Below are positions 35,249 to 44,793 of a stretch of 64,000 nucleotides of DNA, piece by piece (position 1 is the stretch's first letter; each line of letters begins with the position of its first letter). A program made the translations under genes and the position numbers. Source of the stretch: a virus; IMG/VR virus record IMGVR_UViG_3300010352_000628, positions 688-64,687 of that record; one strand, given 5' to 3'. The notes beneath the pieces are model-generated. The model was not told where the DNA came from. It made no database searches and was given only the letters and a program-made list of their open reading frames with translations.

Positions 35249-35878
35249 ATGAACTACTCCGATCTGGTCGATGCCATTCAAGCGTGGGAAGAAAACGACG
35301 AAGCCTCGTTCGTTGCCAACATCCCTGTGATGGTGCGAAAAGCGGAGAACCGGATCGGCTTGGCCGTGCGCATCCCTAATGGGAAACGATTATCAACAGG
35401 GACACTGACCGCCAACGTCGAGACGCTGGACGTTCCCACCGGCTTCCTCTACCAGAAATCCATGATGGTGACCCTGCCGACCACCGGGGAGCGGGCGCTA
35501 AAACTGAAGGATCTAAGTTACATCCGCGTGGCGTTCCCGACCGCTGTCTCCGGTTTCCCGGAATACTACGCGCTCTCAGATGACGACACATTTGTCATCG
35601 CCCCTCCCCCGGCTGGAGCCTATCCCTACACCCTGGAGTACGGGGCACCGCCAGATTCCATCGTGGACAGCGGCACGAGTTGGTTAGGCGACAACGCCTA
35701 CAACCTGTTGCTCGACGCCTGCCTGCTCGAAGCCGCCATCTTCATGAAGAAACCGATCGACGAGATTGCAGCCAAGAAGCAACTCTACGACGCATCGCTG
35801 GCTGAGATCCAACTCCTGCGCGAAGGCCGCGCAATGAAGGACGTTCACCGCAAGCCTGACTTGAGAATCGAGACCTAG
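35249..35878 (+). CDS. adaptor-like virion protein
   Basis: MNYSDL...I....E...AE.RI, G.P.YY, APPP, SWL......LL...L.EA. Confidence 0.7.
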   Translation: MNYSDLVDAIQAWEENDEASFVANIPVMVRKAENRIGLAVRIPNGKRLSTGTLTANVETLDVPTGFLYQKSMMVTLPTTGERALKLKDLSYIRVAFPTAVSGFPEYYALSDDDTFVIAPPPAGAYPYTLEYGAPPDSIVDSGTSWLGDNAYNLLLDACLLEAAIFMKKPIDEIAAKKQLYDASLAEIQLLREGRAMKDVHRKPDLRIET

Positions 35879-35879
35879 C

Positions 35880-36332
35880 ATGGCATTCACTGGTAACTAC
35901 GTTTGCGACACGTTCAAGACGGAGATTCTCACTGGAGTCCATGACTTCACGGAGACGACCGGCCATACGTTTAAGATCGCGCTCTACACGAGTTCGGCCA
36001 CGATGACCGAGGCCACCGCCGCCTACTCTGCGGCCAATGAGATCGTCTTTACTGGCTACACGGCAGGCGGCGCGGCGCTCTCCTCGAACGGAGTTGCGTC
36101 GGGCGCGGTGGCGGGCGTCATCGGAAAAACGGCGTTCGTTGACTTCGACAACGCCACATGGTCGGGCGACTTCACTGGAGTCCGCGGCGCACTGATCTAC
36201 AACTCATCTGTCGGCGGCAACCCGGCTGTGGCGGTCCTGGACTTCGGGATGGATAAGGCGTCGGTTGCCAGCACGTTCACGGTTGAGTTCCCGACAGCGG
36301 ATGCGGCATCGGCCATCGTGAGGATTGCATAA
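35880..36332 (+). CDS. tail-associated structural protein
   Basis: FK.EIL.G.HDF...FKIALY...GYTAGG..L...GALIYN...VLDFG.DK. Confidence 0.75.
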   Translation: MAFTGNYVCDTFKTEILTGVHDFTETTGHTFKIALYTSSATMTEATAAYSAANEIVFTGYTAGGAALSSNGVASGAVAGVIGKTAFVDFDNATWSGDFTGVRGALIYNSSVGGNPAVAVLDFGMDKASVASTFTVEFPTADAASAIVRIA

Positions 36333-37891
36333 TGCCAAGCACATACACCAATGGACTCGGACTGGAACTGATCCCGACCGGCGAACAGGCCGGGTCGTGG
36401 GGCGCAACGCTGAACGAAACCATCGAGTTTCTCGATCAGGCCATCGGCGGCTACAGCGCCATCGAGTTGACCACATCCACCTACGCGCTCGAAATCACGG
36501 ACGGAACCGCCGGGGTGCAGCGGAGCAAGGTCATCCGGTTCTACGGGACGCCGGGAGCGGGTGTGGCGGTGACCATTGTGCCGAACAACGCGGAACGGTT
36601 CCTGCTGATCGTCAACGACAGCGACCAGATCGTGACGATAGGCCAGGGCAGCGGGGCGACGGTGGCTATCGCGGCGGGCAAGTCCACGCTCATTTTCTGC
36701 GACGGCGCGGGTGTGGGCGCGGCTGTCGCAAACGCTCTAGCAAATCTGTCGCTGGCGACGTTGACCGCTTCCGGCAACGTGACGGTAGGCGGGACGGTTG
36801 TTGCGACCGGAACTGTGAGCGGCGGAGCGCCTACGGATTCAGGCCACCTCACCACGAAGACTTACGTCGATACGCTGGTGGGCGGCTATGCCAGCCTGAC
36901 CGGTTCCTATAGCAACCCATCGTGGATCACGGCTCTGGCGAACTCCAAGATCACCGGCCTGGTGGCCAGTGCGACCACCGACACGACCAACGCTGACAAC
37001 ATCTCAGCCGGTGCACTGTCGCTGGCTCGCATTGCGCAGGGCGGTGCGGTGTCGGGCAACGCTCTCGGCTGGAACGGGTCCGCGTGGGCACCACTGGCTC
37101 TGGCGGCCAGTGCGACCACCGATGCTACGAATGCGTCTAATCTTGCTACTGGGGCGCTGGCGCTGGCGCGACTTGCGCAGGGCGGCGCGACGATGGGCCA
37201 GGTCCTGAAGTGGGACGGTAGCGCGTGGGCACCGTCTACCGATTTAACTGGCGACGGACTGGGCGAAGCGTCGGTGGCCTGGGGCAACATCACGGGCACC
37301 CTGAGCGCACAGAGCGACGTGTACTCGGCCATCACGGCGAAGGCGGACTCCAGCCACACGCACGCGCTCGGCACCATCCTGATCTCCGACGTGACGAGCT
37401 TGCAGGCCACTCTGGACGGCAAAGCGGCGGCGTCTCACACGCAAGCCATTTCTACCATCACCGGGCTTCAGACGGCTCTCGACGCGAAGGCGGCATCCTC
37501 GCACACGCATACCGAGTCCGACATCACCGGGACGCTCTCGCTTACGAAAATCGCACAGGGTGGGGCGACGACCGGCCAGTACCTCAAGTGGTCCGGGTCG
37601 GCCTGGGTTCCGGCCACCGTGACGGCCAGTGTGGCTTGGGGCGGAATCACAGGCACGGTTAGCGCACAGACAGATCTCGCCAACCTACTGAACGATAAGG
37701 CTGCCCTGTCGCATACGCATGCTTCAACGTCGGTCTATCACGGCGGCACACTTCTTTCGACGCTCATGACGGCGACGATGGGCCACGGACACACGATCAA
37801 CTACAACACAATCACGCTAACCATCAGCGGCATTCCGGTGAACGTCGTGTCGTACATCTATCCCACAACAACAGGGCCGAGCGGGTTCTAA
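36332..37891 (+). CDS. tail fibre protein
   Basis: MPSTY...L.L...GE..G.WG...N anchor; SHTH and WNGSAW repeats. Confidence 0.8.
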   Translation: MPSTYTNGLGLELIPTGEQAGSWGATLNETIEFLDQAIGGYSAIELTTSTYALEITDGTAGVQRSKVIRFYGTPGAGVAVTIVPNNAERFLLIVNDSDQIVTIGQGSGATVAIAAGKSTLIFCDGAGVGAAVANALANLSLATLTASGNVTVGGTVVATGTVSGGAPTDSGHLTTKTYVDTLVGGYASLTGSYSNPSWITALANSKITGLVASATTDTTNADNISAGALSLARIAQGGAVSGNALGWNGSAWAPLALAASATTDATNASNLATGALALARLAQGGATMGQVLKWDGSAWAPSTDLTGDGLGEASVAWGNITGTLSAQSDVYSAITAKADSSHTHALGTILISDVTSLQATLDGKAAASHTQAISTITGLQTALDAKAASSHTHTESDITGTLSLTKIAQGGATTGQYLKWSGSAWVPATVTASVAWGGITGTVSAQTDLANLLNDKAALSHTHASTSVYHGGTLLSTLMTATMGHGHTINYNTITLTISGIPVNVVSYIYPTTTGPSGF

Positions 37892-37893
37892 AG

Positions 37894-39723
37894 ATGCCTC
37901 TCAAGAAATTCACATTCCGGCCTGGCATCGTGCGGGACGCGACCAACTACGCCAACGAAGGCGGCTGGTACGACTGCAACAATGTCCGGTTCCGGGCTGG
38001 ATTTCCTGAGTCGATTGGAGGCTACGTCCGCGAGTCAATCACCTCGTATCTCGGCCAGTGCCGCTCCATCCACCCGTGGGTTGCTCTAGACTACGGGGCT
38101 TACGCTGGCATCGGGACCAACATCAAGTTCTACATCTACTACGGGGCGCTGTTCTACGACGTGACGCCAGTTCGCCGAACCGTCACGCTGGGGGCAGACC
38201 CCATGATTACGGTTCTCGCCGGATCTGGCCTCATCACTATCACCGACACGGCGCACGGCGCGGCGGCGGGCGACTATGTGACGATCTCCGGAGCGACCGG
38301 CCCGATTGACGGGATTGCCGCCGCCGACATCAACAAAGAGCATCAAATCTACTACGTCGGCAGCGTGGACGGGTATCAGATTCTGACGGCAGGAACGGCC
38401 ACCGCTGGCAGCGTGTCGGGCGGCGGGTCATCCGTCGTAGCGGCCTATCAAATCCCAATCGGGCTGGCTGATTACGTCAGCGGCGACGGCTGGGGCAGCG
38501 GACCTTACGGCTACCCTGCCTACGGCACGTCGTCGAGCATCGGGGCGACGGTCTACCAGTTGCGGACCTGGACTCAGGGAAACTTCGGCGAGAACCTACT
38601 GGCTGCGCCCAACGGTGGCGGCATCTACTACTGGAGCAAGAGCGCGGGCTTGGCCGCACGCATGGTCAACATCACGTCGCTCGCCGGGTCGTCCGATGCG
38701 CCCACGGTCGTCTCGATCATGGGGATCAGTTACCTCGACCGGCACGTCGTTGCGATGGGGGCCAACCCCATCGGGTCAGCCAGCCAGGACCTGCTCATGG
38801 TTCGCTGGTCTTCGCAGGAGAGCCTGATCGACTGGACCCCGACATCCACCAACACGGCGGGCTACTACCGGTTGAGCGTCGGCTCGCGCATCGTGGCGTC
38901 GTTGTTCTCGAAGAACGAGACGCTGATCTGGACCGACTCTGCCCTGTACTCGATGCGGTTCACCGGGCCGCCCTACACGTTCTCGTTCGAGTTGATCTCG
39001 TCGGCCACCACCATCGCCTCGGTCCACGCGCCTGTGAGCGCGAACAACACGATCTACTGGATGGGCAGCGGCGGGTTCTTCGCCTACACGGGCCGCGTCG
39101 ATCAGATCCCCTGCCCCATCAGCGACTACGTGTTCAGCGGGATGAACAACAGCCAGACCGAGAAGGTAATCGGCGGCAGAATCACCAAGCACAACGAGGT
39201 CATCTGGTTCTATCCGAGTGAAGACTCTGTTGAGATCGACCGGTTCGTTCTCTACAACTACGTCGATAACGTGTGGAGCTACGGCACGATGTCCCGCACG
39301 GCATGGGCAGAGTCGGTGGACAGCGGGAAAATCTACGGCGCCGCCGGCGGCATCGTGTACCTCCAGGAGTCTGGAGTGGACGCGGACGGGGCGGCGCTGC
39401 TGTCGCACATTGAGTCCAGCGACTTCGACTTGGACGACGGCGAGAAGTTCGCCTTTGTGGATGCCATCATCCCGGACGTGGAATTCCGTGGGACCGGTTC
39501 AGAAGACGAGCAGATGGTGGACATTGTGATATCGCATCGCGGCGTGCCGGGTGCCGCGCAGACGCTGGCTCCGTTCACGGTGTACGCCAATGGCGGCGGC
39601 GCAAAGAAAAACGTGCGGGTCCGTGGCCGTCAGATGGCGGTCAAAATCGAGAATACGACAGCCGGGACGGCCTGGCGCGTGGGTTCCGTGCGGCTGCGGT
39701 TGCAAGAGGATGGACGCCGATGA
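37894..39723 (+). CDS. tail nozzle / packaged-DNA stabilization protein
   Basis: EGGWYDCNNVRFR.G.PE.IGG, VRWS.QE....W.P, propeller-like repeats, R.RGRQ...DGRR. Confidence 0.75.
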   Translation: MPLKKFTFRPGIVRDATNYANEGGWYDCNNVRFRAGFPESIGGYVRESITSYLGQCRSIHPWVALDYGAYAGIGTNIKFYIYYGALFYDVTPVRRTVTLGADPMITVLAGSGLITITDTAHGAAAGDYVTISGATGPIDGIAAADINKEHQIYYVGSVDGYQILTAGTATAGSVSGGGSSVVAAYQIPIGLADYVSGDGWGSGPYGYPAYGTSSSIGATVYQLRTWTQGNFGENLLAAPNGGGIYYWSKSAGLAARMVNITSLAGSSDAPTVVSIMGISYLDRHVVAMGANPIGSASQDLLMVRWSSQESLIDWTPTSTNTAGYYRLSVGSRIVASLFSKNETLIWTDSALYSMRFTGPPYTFSFELISSATTIASVHAPVSANNTIYWMGSGGFFAYTGRVDQIPCPISDYVFSGMNNSQTEKVIGGRITKHNEVIWFYPSEDSVEIDRFVLYNYVDNVWSYGTMSRTAWAESVDSGKIYGAAGGIVYLQESGVDADGAALLSHIESSDFDLDDGEKFAFVDAIIPDVEFRGTGSEDEQMVDIVISHRGVPGAAQTLAPFTVYANGGGAKKNVRVRGRQMAVKIENTTAGTAWRVGSVRLRLQEDGRR

Positions 39724-40007
39724 TTGAGAAGCGATCAGCGCCGCCGAATCTGGGCACAACTAGCGGCCCGAATGCGCTGAACGATATTCTCCGTATTTTG
39801 AACACGCTCATCTCGGACGTTTACAGTCCGCAGCGGGCGAAATTGACGGGCCTTCGGTTCGTGCGGTACGACGTGGCCGGCGCTGGATTGGGCATCGGAG
39901 AGGTCTGGGTTGACGGGGATGGGCACCTTCGGATGGTGGTTCCGCAGATCGCCAACGCGCATTCTTTTGAAATTGTCTCGTCTGTAGGAACAGTAACGGT
40001 AGCATAG
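39720..40007 (+). CDS. hypothetical protein
   Basis: coupled ORF. Confidence 0.6.
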   Translation: MIEKRSAPPNLGTTSGPNALNDILRILNTLISDVYSPQRAKLTGLRFVRYDVAGAGLGIGEVWVDGDGHLRMVVPQIANAHSFEIVSSVGTVTVA

Positions 40008-40021
40008 AGATAGGAGCGAAT

Positions 40022-40747
40022 ATGGGCATCGAATCAGCGTTGATCCCGATTCTGGTTTCGGCCATTGGCGGCGGCGCAAGCGCGGCCATCTCGAAGAAGT
40101 TGGGCAGTGGAGATTCGTCCAAGAAGTCGAACACGTCCGCCAACGCCCAGGCATCGCTCGACAACTTTAACAAAGGGCAGGCATACAGCCCCATCCTTGA
40201 GCGGCGCTACAACCCCGCCCCGGAAGGCTACCGCATGGGCGTGGACCCCGAACATCAGTTCTTCACCGATGTCGTGACCGGCTACCGCCCGATGGTGCCG
40301 GGGATGGCGGCGGGTGGCCCAGTGGATGACGACGCCCGGGCGGCTCAGTCGGTTGTGGCCGCAGCGCGTGAGGCTCTAATGGGCGGCGGGCGTGACCCGC
40401 AGGGGGCCATCAAGGCGTTCATCGACTACTTCGGGATGGAAGAGTTCATCGACTTTCGCAATGAGATTCTCGGGCAAGGAGGAAGGTCCGGACCTGCCGA
40501 AAAAGCGGGGCTAGTAACTGGTCCCGGCGGCGGAATGGACGATTTGGTCCCGGCTCGTTCACCGAGCCGGGACATCCTCCTTTCAGATGGGGAGTTTGTC
40601 CTGCCAGCAGATGTTGTCAGCGGCCTGGGCGACGGAAGCACGAAGGCTGGTGCGGAGCAGTTGGAAGGGCTGATGGAGTTGGTTCGACGGCAGCGGACGG
40701 GTAAACCGACGCAGCCAAAGAGGTTAGGCGGTGGGATTGGTTATTAG
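40022..40747 (+). CDS. internal virion protein (putative)
   Basis: GPGGGMDDLVPA...LSDGEFVLPADVVS.LG.GS..AGA..L. Confidence 0.7.
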   Translation: MGIESALIPILVSAIGGGASAAISKKLGSGDSSKKSNTSANAQASLDNFNKGQAYSPILERRYNPAPEGYRMGVDPEHQFFTDVVTGYRPMVPGMAAGGPVDDDARAAQSVVAAAREALMGGGRDPQGAIKAFIDYFGMEEFIDFRNEILGQGGRSGPAEKAGLVTGPGGGMDDLVPARSPSRDILLSDGEFVLPADVVSGLGDGSTKAGAEQLEGLMELVRRQRTGKPTQPKRLGGGIGY

Positions 40748-41189
40748 CCGCATTTCGGCTGACAGCGTGCCTACGGTATGGCCCGAAGTCAGTCCGCTTT
40801 TGCGCAAGGCCACAAACAGGAGCGGTGGCCGATACGATGTTGACGATCTCCTGCAACCGTTGGAGTCCGGGTTGACGGAACTGTGGACGATTCGGGACGG
40901 CGAGAAATTGGTACTCGCCTTTGTGACCGCGATTCAGCGGTTCCCGAAATGTTCAGTTCTGACCATCCCGGTCGTCGGCGGGTCTGCGATGACGAAGTGG
41001 CTTCGGCCAGGACTTGAAGCGATGGAAGCCTACGCCAGAGAAACCGGTTGTACGCGCCTCGAAGGGGGCGGTCGCCGCGGCTGGGAGCGGGCACTCGCAG
41101 GGTCAGGCTGGGTAGTCACGCGCATCACGATCGAGAAGGAGATCAAGGTCAATGGCTCTCACCGACACGAGTTCGACAACTACAACTAG
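40731..41189 (+). CDS. GNAT-like protein of the tail/ejection module
   Basis: VGG.....W......E.YA...GC..LE..GR.GW.R. Confidence 0.6.
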   Translation: MGLVISRISADSVPTVWPEVSPLLRKATNRSGGRYDVDDLLQPLESGLTELWTIRDGEKLVLAFVTAIQRFPKCSVLTIPVVGGSAMTKWLRPGLEAMEAYARETGCTRLEGGGRRGWERALAGSGWVVTRITIEKEIKVNGSHRHEFDNYN

Positions 41190-43494
41190 CACGATCCCGG
41201 AGTGGCTCAAAAACATGTACTTGCAGATGCTTGCGTCTGCACAGCCCTACGTCTTCGGGACCGCACAGCGCACAGACCTGCCGACAGCAGGAGATCCGAA
41301 CCTCGGAGATCCCGGACTGAACAACGCACGTCCGGACTCGGACGGGAACAAGTTCTGGGGATCGTGGCTCGGCATGAATCTCAACGAGACCAACAACCAG
41401 CCGCAGCAGCCGTACACTCCGATCTTTCAGGCCGTTGAGGACCGCAACACACCCAAAACGCCATCGCCCTATCTGCCGTCGTGGAATCAGCAGCAGTCGC
41501 AGCAAGGCGGCTACACCTCGCCCTGGGTGGCCCCGGCAACGCAGCCGGCTACCACACAGTCGCAGCAGTTTGTTGGCGGGCTGGCCCCCGCAACGCCGCA
41601 GACAGGTCAACCCACGCAGACGACCGGCACAAACAATTTCAGTCTGCCGAGTTCCCGCACGTCTGGCTCCACGACGGGAACACCGCGCCCCGATAGCAAA
41701 CCGAATAGGACGGGGAACACTCTCGGTTCTCAACTCGGGCTGGGCCAACCCACAGTTGGAGCCAATCAACTCATGGCAACCATGCCTGCGAACTCCTGGC
41801 TGTCGGAGACGAGGGGGACAGAACTGCGCAATGACGGGACTACGGTTCCGTTGAATCAGAACAACAGAGAATGGGCATCCGAGGCAGGCACGCAGTTTGC
41901 ACTGGAGCAGCTTCAGCGGCTGAATCCCGGCGGCAACCTCGGAGTAACAAGCGCCTCCCCGACGCAGGGGCCGTTCGCGTGGGCTCCGCAAACCGCCATT
42001 ACAGCGAAGGGCAGCCCAAACCAGGGGCAGAATGCGGGGCTGGTCGCCAATACCTACGCCAACACGCCGCAGGCGATGGCCGACGCGATGATGCGAGACG
42101 AAATGATTGCAATGGGCATACTCCAAGGGGAGCCGACCCGGATCATGGCCGGCGGTGGGCTGTTGCAACTTCTCGCCAAGGGCGGCGTCGTGGGGATGGA
42201 CTCTGGCGGCATCTTAGATAGCCAAACCGGGTCGGACACGAACGTGCCCGAGGGCGCGATCACCGGCATGCCGGTCGGCTCCTACACGCCCTACCCCGGA
42301 CAGCGGTTCGGCGAAATGGGCGACCTCACCAACATGTATATGGCCGGGACGCAGAGGATGAACGAGAGTCTCGTTGATCCGAGCCAGACCATCTACTCGC
42401 CAATTGAGTTGGGCAACTATTCGATGCAGCGCATGGCTGAGGGTTTCACCGACCCCGACATGGCGTACCACACGCAGATTCGGGACTGGTCGCAGCAGAC
42501 GCCCATGAATACCTATCAGGCTGGGTCATATGACCCAGCGCAGTACAGCGCCGCCAACCTGATGGGCGGCAACGCGGGGGCGCTGGCTGGCTACACGGGT
42601 GGTAACTATCAGGCGGTCAACACGGGCAACTTCACTGATCCCGGCGTAGCGCAGAGCTACATGAACCCCTACCAGCAGAATGTGACCGACATTCAGAAGG
42701 CCAAGGCGACCGAGGCGTACCAGGAGGCGTTGCCCCAAATCGGAGCGAACGCGGTGGCGGCGGGAGCTTTCGGCGGCGGGCGGCATGGCGTTGTGGAGGG
42801 CATGGCAAACCGCGAGTACACCCGGCAGCTGGATGAGATCCAAAAGACCGGGCTGAATGACGCTTACCTCAATGCGCAGCAGCAGTTCGAGCGTGACCGC
42901 AGCGCTGGCTTGCAGGCTGATCTCGCCAACCAGGGTCAGTACGGGCAGGTCCAGGACCGGAACCTCTCCGGGCTGACCTCTCTCAGTGGGCAGGGCCTGG
43001 AGGCGGCACTCCAGTCAGCAAACCTCAACGAACAGTCTCGGCAGTTTGGGGCCAATCTCACAGACACCGGGCGGCAGCGGCAGTCGGAACTCGACATGGA
43101 AGCGGCCAAGACGGCGGAGGGTATTCAGAGCAGCGTCGTGGGGACCAACCTCAACGCCATGAATGCGCGTCAGGATGCGGCGGCTGGAATGATGGATGCG
43201 TCGGGCCAGTACACCACGAACCTCAATAATCAATTGAACTCGTTGAGATCTGCGGGGGCACAGGCTGATGCGTACAACCAGCAGTACCTCGACTACAACT
43301 ATCAAAACTTTCTGAACCAGCGGGACTACCCGTTGCAGATGATGAGCTACTACTCAAACCTGCTGAACGGCGTGCCGACGACCGTCTCGACGGAGCAGTA
43401 CACGCAGGGCCAGCAGGCGAGCCCGTATAGCGGAATCCTTGGGCTGGCAACCGCCGGACTCGGCGCAATGGGCAGCTACTACAACCAGGGCTAG
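41152..43494 (+). CDS. DNA ejection / pilot protein
   Basis: YMNPYQQNV...AGAFGGGR.GV...Q..LD..Y..F...DYP motifs; Gln/Gly-rich. Confidence 0.75.
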   Translation: MALTDTSSTTTTSTIPEWLKNMYLQMLASAQPYVFGTAQRTDLPTAGDPNLGDPGLNNARPDSDGNKFWGSWLGMNLNETNNQPQQPYTPIFQAVEDRNTPKTPSPYLPSWNQQQSQQGGYTSPWVAPATQPATTQSQQFVGGLAPATPQTGQPTQTTGTNNFSLPSSRTSGSTTGTPRPDSKPNRTGNTLGSQLGLGQPTVGANQLMATMPANSWLSETRGTELRNDGTTVPLNQNNREWASEAGTQFALEQLQRLNPGGNLGVTSASPTQGPFAWAPQTAITAKGSPNQGQNAGLVANTYANTPQAMADAMMRDEMIAMGILQGEPTRIMAGGGLLQLLAKGGVVGMDSGGILDSQTGSDTNVPEGAITGMPVGSYTPYPGQRFGEMGDLTNMYMAGTQRMNESLVDPSQTIYSPIELGNYSMQRMAEGFTDPDMAYHTQIRDWSQQTPMNTYQAGSYDPAQYSAANLMGGNAGALAGYTGGNYQAVNTGNFTDPGVAQSYMNPYQQNVTDIQKAKATEAYQEALPQIGANAVAAGAFGGGRHGVVEGMANREYTRQLDEIQKTGLNDAYLNAQQQFERDRSAGLQADLANQGQYGQVQDRNLSGLTSLSGQGLEAALQSANLNEQSRQFGANLTDTGRQRQSELDMEAAKTAEGIQSSVVGTNLNAMNARQDAAAGMMDASGQYTTNLNNQLNSLRSAGAQADAYNQQYLDYNYQNFLNQRDYPLQMMSYYSNLLNGVPTTVSTEQYTQGQQASPYSGILGLATAGLGAMGSYYNQG

Positions 43495-43508
43495 GGAAGA
43501 GGGGCAAT

Positions 43509-44786
43509 ATGAACCTCGTTGAATCAGCAAAGATGGCGATGAGTCTCTCGGACCAGCAACTCCAGCAGTCGCTTCGGGGTGGGTCGTTGCCTCAGTTTGT
43601 GGTGGCGGCTGAGATGACGCGGCGCAAGAAGACGCGGGAGTCGATGCCGGGGCCGCAATCGACGGTGGTGCAGGAGTTGATGGCGAACGCGAATGCGCAG
43701 ATGCCGGCGCCTCAACCGCAGCCGCCCATGCAGCAGCCAATGTGGCGCGGCGGGGTGGTGGGGCTGGCCGAAGGCGGTCCTGTGCAGCAGCCGGTCGATC
43801 CGAACTACTACCTGTCCAAGTTGCTGCCTGCTCCGCAGATTGCTGTCACGCCGCCGCCAAGCAGCGCGACCGAAGACTACCTCTCGATGATGTTGCCTGA
43901 GATCGCCAAGCGGAAAGCCAAGATCACGGATAGCGAGAAGAACCGCTTGAACCGCGCTCTGATGCAGGCCGGGTTCGCCATGATGGCGTCCAAGTCTCCG
44001 CGCCTGATGGGCGGAATCGGAGAGGGCGCGATGGCCGGTCTGGGCTACCACGAGGCCGATAGGGCCAACCAGGAAGCTGGTCTGATGGCACTACTGAACG
44101 AGGAGCAGCGGGTGCGCAGCGGCCAGCAGGGCGCGGCAGAGAACAAGGCGCGGCGCGATGTGGACATCTACGAGAAGGGCGTAGGCCGGGACATCGTGGC
44201 CGGTCAACTCGCCTCGGGGCCGGTCAGCACGGCCAACCATGCGGCCATTCAGGCGATGGAGAACAATGCCAGGTTGCTGAACCAGCAGCCGAAGCAGGCG
44301 GCGATGCCGTCCTTCAACGAGAACCAGTTGCGGTACGCAGCGAAGTTGGGCGATCCCATCGCGGCCTCTGTCGTGAAGGACCTCGACGCGGCAGATGCGC
44401 GAAAGGCCGCTGGCAGCGGGCAACGCCCGGCGCAGTTCACGCCCGCGCAGAAAATCGCGATCAACAACAAAAAGACCCGCGACCTGAGAGACGCGGAAGA
44501 GAAGGTGCGAAGGTCAGTCCGGCTTCTGAAGTCCGGGTACAACGCTCTAACGTCGAAGGACAAACCGCCGGACTTTGCTTCCGAGCAGGAAGCCTACGAA
44601 TGGCTCCTGGCGCAAAAGCAACGGATTCAGGACGAATATGAGGAGTCCATCGGAGCGGCTACGGGGGACGCAACTCCGCACTTCCAGTACCCAGAGGCCG
44701 GAATCCAGTCGCAGGCTCGTGCGAGCGCACCGGCAGCACAGAAACCGAAGCTGAAGTACAACCCGGCCACGGGGAAGGTGGAGTAG
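43509..44786 (+). CDS. internal virion / ejection protein
   Basis: position; ALMQAGFAMMA...IGEG. Confidence 0.6.
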   Translation: MNLVESAKMAMSLSDQQLQQSLRGGSLPQFVVAAEMTRRKKTRESMPGPQSTVVQELMANANAQMPAPQPQPPMQQPMWRGGVVGLAEGGPVQQPVDPNYYLSKLLPAPQIAVTPPPSSATEDYLSMMLPEIAKRKAKITDSEKNRLNRALMQAGFAMMASKSPRLMGGIGEGAMAGLGYHEADRANQEAGLMALLNEEQRVRSGQQGAAENKARRDVDIYEKGVGRDIVAGQLASGPVSTANHAAIQAMENNARLLNQQPKQAAMPSFNENQLRYAAKLGDPIAASVVKDLDAADARKAAGSGQRPAQFTPAQKIAINNKKTRDLRDAEEKVRRSVRLLKSGYNALTSKDKPPDFASEQEAYEWLLAQKQRIQDEYEESIGAATGDATPHFQYPEAGIQSQARASAPAAQKPKLKYNPATGKVE

Positions 44787-44793
44787 GCCAGAA

